DNA of 32,000 bases, taken from contig CAZYLT010000013.1 in NCBI GenBank assembly GCA_964648855.1, positions 1 through 32,000 on the forward strand, given 5' to 3'. Below the pieces are notes generated by a model. It was not told where the DNA came from. It did not search any database and saw only the letters and a program-made list of their open reading frames with translations. Within the stretch, counting starts at the first letter, position 1, and each line of letters starts with the position of its first letter. The DNA comes from an uncultured archaeon. GTDB lineage: Archaea > Asgardarchaeota > Thorarchaeia > Thorarchaeales > Thorarchaeaceae. Shown here one piece after another: positions 27,343-32,000 of this stretch. Position numbers and translations under genes: made by a program.

Positions 27343-27831
27343 ATGCAAAAGACATTGGTCATCCAACCTGAGAAATGTGTTGGCTGTAGATTGTGTGAAA
27401 CCTGGTGTTCATACACTCACGAGGGGCAAGTCACACCAGCCAGATCGAGAATCCACGTCATCAAATGGGATGAGAAGGGACTGGATATCCCGATGACCTG
27501 CCAGCAATGTGACGTGCCTGTTTGTGCCAAGGTCTGCCCAGTCAAAGCAATCACCAAGGACGAGGAAACTGGACTGGTTTCTGTAAATGAAGAAAAGTGC
27601 ATTGGTTGTGGGCTTTGCGTCCTTGCGTGCCCATTCGGAGGTTGTGCCCTTGACCCAGTGACTCATCGCGTGTTCAAGTGTGACCTTTGCGGCGGCGAGC
27701 CTCAATGTGTGCTGAGATGCCCAAGAGACGCCATAAAATTTGTGGATAAGTCAAAGGTGGCATTGAGGAAGAAGAGGGCATCAGCTGAGAATCTCAAAGA
27801 GCTCATAGAAAAAGTTGCAGGCACAAGCTAG
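27343..27831 (+). CDS. 4x[4Fe-4S] DmsB/HydN-like electron-transfer protein (probable AOR small subunit)
   Basis: 16 Cys in CVGCRLCETWC, CQQCDVPVCAKVCP, CIGCGLCVLACP and CDLCGGEPQCVLRCP. ATG 27343 is the likely start. Confidence 0.92.
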   Translation: MQKTLVIQPEKCVGCRLCETWCSYTHEGQVTPARSRIHVIKWDEKGLDIPMTCQQCDVPVCAKVCPVKAITKDEETGLVSVNEEKCIGCGLCVLACPFGGCALDPVTHRVFKCDLCGGEPQCVLRCPRDAIKFVDKSKVALRKKRASAENLKELIEKVAGTS

Positions 27832-27857
27832 GTCATTTTGGGATTGTCGCTTGATTT

Positions 27858-28760
27858 TCATTCTTCGAGCAATTCTTCACTCAAGAGTAGATTAGACGGG
27901 TCAACTTTGTGCACGTCAAATCCGATATCATCCCAATCATAATCCATTGTGAAAGCCAGCAGTTCGGGATACAGAAAAACGGGCACCATGGAATCCTCAT
28001 CCAAGAGGTCAATCCAAGTGAGGATTTCCTGAGTCTTGTCAAGTTGTGAAAAGCAGCTTGCACAGATTACGACAATACAGTCAGCGCCCGCCTGCACAAT
28101 ATCGTTGAATTTCCTGCTTGTTGTATTTAATACATAATCCCTGTCAACAGAATTGGCGAAAACCAAACAACACTCTGTTGCAGAGGGGTATTCAACAATC
28201 TCAGCGCCTAATGCTTTGCAGAGGCCCTCCAAGATCGTAGGATTCGTTGAATCATCAATTCGTTCTAATTCGTCAAATGCATGACAGCCGTAATGAATAG
28301 CCACCTTTAGGCCGTCCATGGGTTTTTTGATACGCGACTTGATTTGGTCTATTCCAATATCCTCGTATAATATCCGCATTAGGCTCTTCACTTCAATAGA
28401 GCCCTCAAAATGCCTTCCAACCTCACCAAGAGCAGCATTTACCTGTTCAAGAGTTTCATCATCGGATTTTAATTTGGAATTTGTACGTTCCAGTGTCATT
28501 GTACAACCCGGACAGGGAGATAGGATGTCCAAGCCTTTCTCTTCAGCGAGCGTAATATTCCTTGCACCAATAGTGAAGTACGCCAAATCATCCAGAATAT
28601 CAAAACTCATGGGCGCGGGACAACAGGTCATGTCTTCGAGATATTCCACCTCAATATCGAAATCCTTCAGAACCTTGAGGACTAGTTTCTCATACTCCGG
28701 AAATCCTGATGGAATGCTGCAACCAGGGAAAAATGCGTATTGCGTCAAACTGTCGGTCAC
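27858..28760 (-). CDS. hdrB: Heterodisulfide reductase subunit B-like CCG-domain protein
   Basis: YAFFPGC...TCCPAP...ARNITLAE...PCPGC and VAIHYGCH...ECCL...VICASCFSQLD. Confidence 0.88.
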   Translation of the reverse strand: MTDSLTQYAFFPGCSIPSGFPEYEKLVLKVLKDFDIEVEYLEDMTCCPAPMSFDILDDLAYFTIGARNITLAEEKGLDILSPCPGCTMTLERTNSKLKSDDETLEQVNAALGEVGRHFEGSIEVKSLMRILYEDIGIDQIKSRIKKPMDGLKVAIHYGCHAFDELERIDDSTNPTILEGLCKALGAEIVEYPSATECCLVFANSVDRDYVLNTTSRKFNDIVQAGADCIVVICASCFSQLDKTQEILTWIDLLDEDSMVPVFLYPELLAFTMDYDWDDIGFDVHKVDPSNLLLSEELLEE

Positions 28761-29089
28761 CTTAGGCCAAGTCTTTTCGCAAGCTTCTTGACTTCTGTAA
28801 CATCAATACTAAATTCCGGCAGGCCCAATTCCTTTCTGCGATTGAGTTGGCGCTTTGGAACAGGAATTGCTGTTCCCTCCTCAATGATACTATCGCACAT
28901 GCTTTGAAAATGAGCAAGAAAAGCACTGGTTGTATCGGCCTCCATTACCTCAGCGTAGATAGAAGTAGCAAGGCCATCGAACTCTGCGTCATCCCTAAGA
29001 GCCCTTAAGCGCTGATAGATCTTTTTCTTGGTGTACAGTGTGTTCCACCTTGGCTCCCGCTTACCGGCTTTGCATATTAATCCCTTCAT
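28757..29089 (-). CDS. HdrC C-terminal-like protein lacking Fe-S motifs
   Basis: SIIEEGTAIPV...NRRKELGLPE...EVKKLAKRLGL resembles the HdrC tail. 4-nt overlap with hdrB; no CxxCxxC motif. Confidence 0.55.
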   Translation of the reverse strand: MKGLICKAGKREPRWNTLYTKKKIYQRLRALRDDAEFDGLATSIYAEVMEADTTSAFLAHFQSMCDSIIEEGTAIPVPKRQLNRRKELGLPEFSIDVTEVKKLAKRLGLR

Positions 29090-29113
29090 GTTGCAATAGA
29101 TTCTCCTTTGTTA

Positions 29114-30022
29114 TTATATTCCCATGATTGCTAGTGTCACTCCTAAGGCTGTGAAAAGCGTACCAACAATTGCCTTCCAAGTTACACGTTCTCGAAGATG
29201 TGAAATGGACAGAGGAAGGGCGAAGATAGGTGCGGTGGAACTAATCACAGAAGAGATAGTAGCCCCAGCATATTTGATGGAGGTAACAAAGAAGAGGGAA
29301 CCGAGAGCAAATCCAAAGAAGCTTGCAAAGAGAATTGTCTTGGTCACCCGTCTTGATGGAAGCTCCATTCCCTGAGCTCGAGCACCTATCAGAAGAGGTG
29401 TCATAAGTAAAGAACCAAAGAACATTCGAACAAGATTGCCATCTATGGGATCAACATTTGCTATGCCCACCTGAATGAGTATGGTGGCAATTGCTAGCAT
29501 TATCGACGTCAAGAACGCCAGCGCCACTCCCGTCATATCCAGTTTTTCTATCATCCCAAATTCATCCATAGGATTAGCACTTTCGTTTTGGAAGACTAGG
29601 ATTATGCCAACAACTGCTAGAATTACCCCCAAAAAGCGAGTTACAAAAAATGCCTCTCCCAATACCAAAATCGAGAGGATGTAGGTGGCTACTGGGTAGG
29701 TGTGTGCTATAGGAAATGCTACCGAGACCCCAACTCTGTTTTGGCTATTGAGATATGCTAGGTCACCAAGTCCAGCGCCAAATACAACTGAGATAGCCAA
29801 TATGAAAATGGTATCCAGAGGCATCGAGCCAGATGCTACTCGAAAAGGAAGGAATGCTACTAGGCCCATAAATCCCAGTCCGACCCAGACCTTGATTGTA
29901 TTTGCCGCAGTTGGAGAGATGCCATCCTTATGGGACTTGAAGATTACATTTTGGATGGCAAAGAGCAAGGAAGATATCAAGCCAAAGGCAACTCCTACAA
30001 AGACATCGATAATAGTTTGCAT
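29114..30022 (-). CDS. EamA/DMT family transporter
   Basis: About 10 TM; GLGDLAYLNSQNRVGVSVAFPI, LVLGE and HLRERVT. Confidence 0.9.
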   Translation of the reverse strand: MQTIIDVFVGVAFGLISSLLFAIQNVIFKSHKDGISPTAANTIKVWVGLGFMGLVAFLPFRVASGSMPLDTIFILAISVVFGAGLGDLAYLNSQNRVGVSVAFPIAHTYPVATYILSILVLGEAFFVTRFLGVILAVVGIILVFQNESANPMDEFGMIEKLDMTGVALAFLTSIMLAIATILIQVGIANVDPIDGNLVRMFFGSLLMTPLLIGARAQGMELPSRRVTKTILFASFFGFALGSLFFVTSIKYAGATISSVISSTAPIFALPLSISHLRERVTWKAIVGTLFTALGVTLAIMGI

Positions 30023-30265
30023 CGGTTGAACCTGTCATTTCTTATGCTAGGAGATAGACTTGAGGTATCCATGTTCGCGCTGTGCTATCGAATAACAGCG
30101 AGAGTTGCTTTATGCTCGAAAGTTGATGGCAACCAGCAACAACTAGCCATTGTTTGAATATCTTCCAGCTTCTCTGCCACCCATATAGATGGCATACGCA
30201 TATTAAAGTCATTCTATGAAATCCATCCAATTTTTATACTGGTGCCCCATTCACGTCTTTAGGAG

Positions 30266-31183
30266 ATGCATGTGTCCGAGAATGTGCAGAACTATCTGAC
30301 ATTGATTCTTGCTATGTTTCTTTGGGGAGCCAGTTGGGTTTCCGTCAAGATATTGGTTTCAATAGCACCAATAATGACTATCGGATTCTGTAGATACAGC
30401 ATTGCAGGTCTATTGTTTCTCATCTTGTTGAAGTATCAGGGCAGATCTGTGAGATCCATCTTCTCCCAAGAAACAAATCGGAACCTTGTATTTGCAGGTC
30501 TCACAGGGATCCTTGGATTTATGGTTTTTAGCCTGATTGGAACACAATTCACGACAGCGGGGCAAGCTTCAATTATTGCGGGGTTGAACCCGATTACAGT
30601 GAGTGTTTTCGCCTATCTCATCCATAATGAGTCACCTGGCAAACGGTGGCAATACTCAGGATTTGTTCTGTCATTCATTGGCATTATCTTCGTCATAGGA
30701 ATACAATCCCTTATTGACTTCAATCCTGACTATCTCCTTGGAAATAGCATTATTGTGCTCTCCATGATTTGTTGGGGCATTTATTCATCTGTTGGGAAGT
30801 CCTTGATGGGCAAGCTGTCTCCGGTTGAGCTTACTGCAGGAAGCGTGTTTGTTGGCTGGACAATATTTGCAGTTGGGGCATTATTGGAATTACCAGCAGC
30901 GATTAATGCGCTCTTGTTGCCGGGTTTCTGGATTAATGTGGGATTTCTAGGAGCATTATCGGCCTTCCTTGGATTCGTCTTCTATTTTCAGGGAATACAG
31001 CGAGTCGGAGCAACTCGAGCTGGAATGTTCATTAGTCTAGTTCCCGTCTTTGGTACCATCACTGCAGTCCTGCTTTTGGAAGAGCCGATCTATTGGACGT
31101 TTTTGGTTGGTCTGGCACTAGTTGTGACTGGAATTCTCATTCTAAATGCACCAGTTGATGAAGATGCAGAGAAGCCCACTTAG
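30266..31183 (+). CDS. EamA/DMT family transporter
   Basis: FLWGASWVSVK, TTAGQASII, GIQRVGATRAGMFISLVPVF and LLEEPI. Confidence 0.92.
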   Translation: MHVSENVQNYLTLILAMFLWGASWVSVKILVSIAPIMTIGFCRYSIAGLLFLILLKYQGRSVRSIFSQETNRNLVFAGLTGILGFMVFSLIGTQFTTAGQASIIAGLNPITVSVFAYLIHNESPGKRWQYSGFVLSFIGIIFVIGIQSLIDFNPDYLLGNSIIVLSMICWGIYSSVGKSLMGKLSPVELTAGSVFVGWTIFAVGALLELPAAINALLLPGFWINVGFLGALSAFLGFVFYFQGIQRVGATRAGMFISLVPVFGTITAVLLLEEPIYWTFLVGLALVVTGILILNAPVDEDAEKPT

Positions 31184-31214
31184 TCTCCGCCGTATTGGCA
31201 TACGTCTTTCATGC

Positions 31215-31883
31215 TTAGGATTCTTGAGTTTCGTTCTTAGCCAGAGTTCCGGGGTTCTTGACTCGAGGCAAGCAAACAAACTCGCGTATTTCCAGATCAA
31301 AGAAATTATTCATATGAGATGGTCTAATTACAACAGCGGTGTCGGCACCACCAGCATATCCAGCTATGCACATGACTTCAATATCAGGACCACAAGGAAT
31401 GTAACCACTGTCGGCTGCCATGATGATAATTTCTACGCAAACTTTCACGCCCACCCCAACTAGCCTACGAATGGCTTCGGCAATTGCTTCAACACGAGAA
31501 ACTCCGCCCAGCCGCTTTGAAATAGACCTTTCTACTCCAGAAAGAATGTGTGATTGGGTCATGACCTTTATCCCCAAATCATTGAGGCGGGACAAATGCT
31601 TCTTCTCCATGAACCATTCGCCCTCATCTCGGTATCCATAATGTTCTGACACAACGACTACTTCTATATCCGTATCACGGAATGCCTCCGCCGCGAGAAC
31701 ACCAGTTCGGCCCTTTGTGCTGGCAACCACGACATGTCTGACTCCGAGTTCAAGGGCTCTCTCTTTTGCCAGCTCGATTGTTTTTTCTGTATTGGCTTTG
31801 CCAGGCTTTTGGAAATATACAATTTCTTTTGCTTCATATATGCATTCATTACCCATTTTGAAGTCCCATCTCTTTTTGCTCAT
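31215..31883 (-). CDS. Stand-alone pyruvate-kinase C-terminal-like alpha/beta domain protein (COG1751)
   Basis: [50 protein letters not shown] and GADTAVV. Confidence 0.88.
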   Translation of the reverse strand: MSKKRWDFKMGNECIYEAKEIVYFQKPGKANTEKTIELAKERALELGVRHVVVASTKGRTGVLAAEAFRDTDIEVVVVSEHYGYRDEGEWFMEKKHLSRLNDLGIKVMTQSHILSGVERSISKRLGGVSRVEAIAEAIRRLVGVGVKVCVEIIIMAADSGYIPCGPDIEVMCIAGYAGGADTAVVIRPSHMNNFFDLEIREFVCLPRVKNPGTLAKNETQES

Positions 31884-32000
31884 TAAGCTGCATATATTTC
31901 AATATGTAGCCAACCTTTTTAGATGGTATGCAACTATGGCTCAGTGCTATAAAAAGGAGCTCTTTAACTTGATTGGGAAATTTGACCATGTTGGTATTGT

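Noticed and set aside
26276-29089. Methanogenesis (mer plus hdrBC)
   Set aside because: No mcr, mtr or hdrA is present, the HdrC-like gene lacks clusters, and these families are common in non-methanogens.
30023-30265. Hairpins (CGCTGT/ACAGCG and others) and ORFs 29930-30157 and 30042-30230 between the EamA genes
   Set aside because: No riboswitch or tRNA consensus, and the ORFs lack protein-like features.
294-31849. Numerous short or antisense track ORFs (e.g. 294-476, 589-786, 5738-6199, 11132-11701, 12557-13093, 16579-17031, 21766-22254, 28318-28791)
   Set aside because: They are shadows of motif-supported genes or relics on the other strand or frame and have no recognisable motifs.
1-32000. 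Genome-wide TAG (pyrrolysine) or TGA recoding
   Set aside because: Many full-length genes end in TAG (dinB, phosphodiesterase, eamA, livK, aor, M24, ferredoxin) or TGA at the expected family length. The broken RibD-like gene contains all three stop types.
1-32000. CRISPR arrays, tRNA/rRNA genes, IS elements, integrases
   Set aside because: I saw no regularly spaced repeats, cloverleafs, terminal inverted repeats or transposase/recombinase motifs by eye. Intergenic gaps are under about 330 bp.

Overview
This is an archaeal window. Lrp/AsnC, Mer-like LLM, HdrB, tungsten AOR, a COG1751 protein and a decayed Rab/Ras-like GTPase suggest an Asgard (Thorarchaeia-like) host; this taxonomy is inferred, not searched. 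Bases 1-5.6 kb form an accessory zone that mixes intact genes (YjbQ, sulfotransferase, M1-like gluzincin, stand-alone WGR protein) with relics broken by in-frame stops. Bases 6.5-10 kb hold a DinB / alkaline-phosphatase-superfamily / Gfo-Idh-MocA operon. Bases 10-32 kb look like one amino-compound catabolic island. It contains Lrp, three EamA transporters, a split Liv ABC importer, a divergent GcvPA/PB pair coupled to an AcoX/ATP-NAD-kinase-like gene (no GcvT/H/L in the window), an Ord-family amine dehydrogenase and tungsten AOR with a 4x[4Fe-4S] protein. It also contains a MoaD-like protein lacking GG, an M24 hydrolase with four of five metal ligands replaced, DUF3830, a Mer-like LLM enzyme, and HdrB with an HdrC-like partner that lacks Fe-S motifs. 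This island is the best candidate for an undescribed system: oxidation of a non-glycine amino acid via an aldehyde to an acid. A 54-aa zinc-ribbon gene missed by the ORF track sits at 11663-11827. I saw no rRNA, tRNA, CRISPR array or transposase. All family calls come from recognising motifs by eye.
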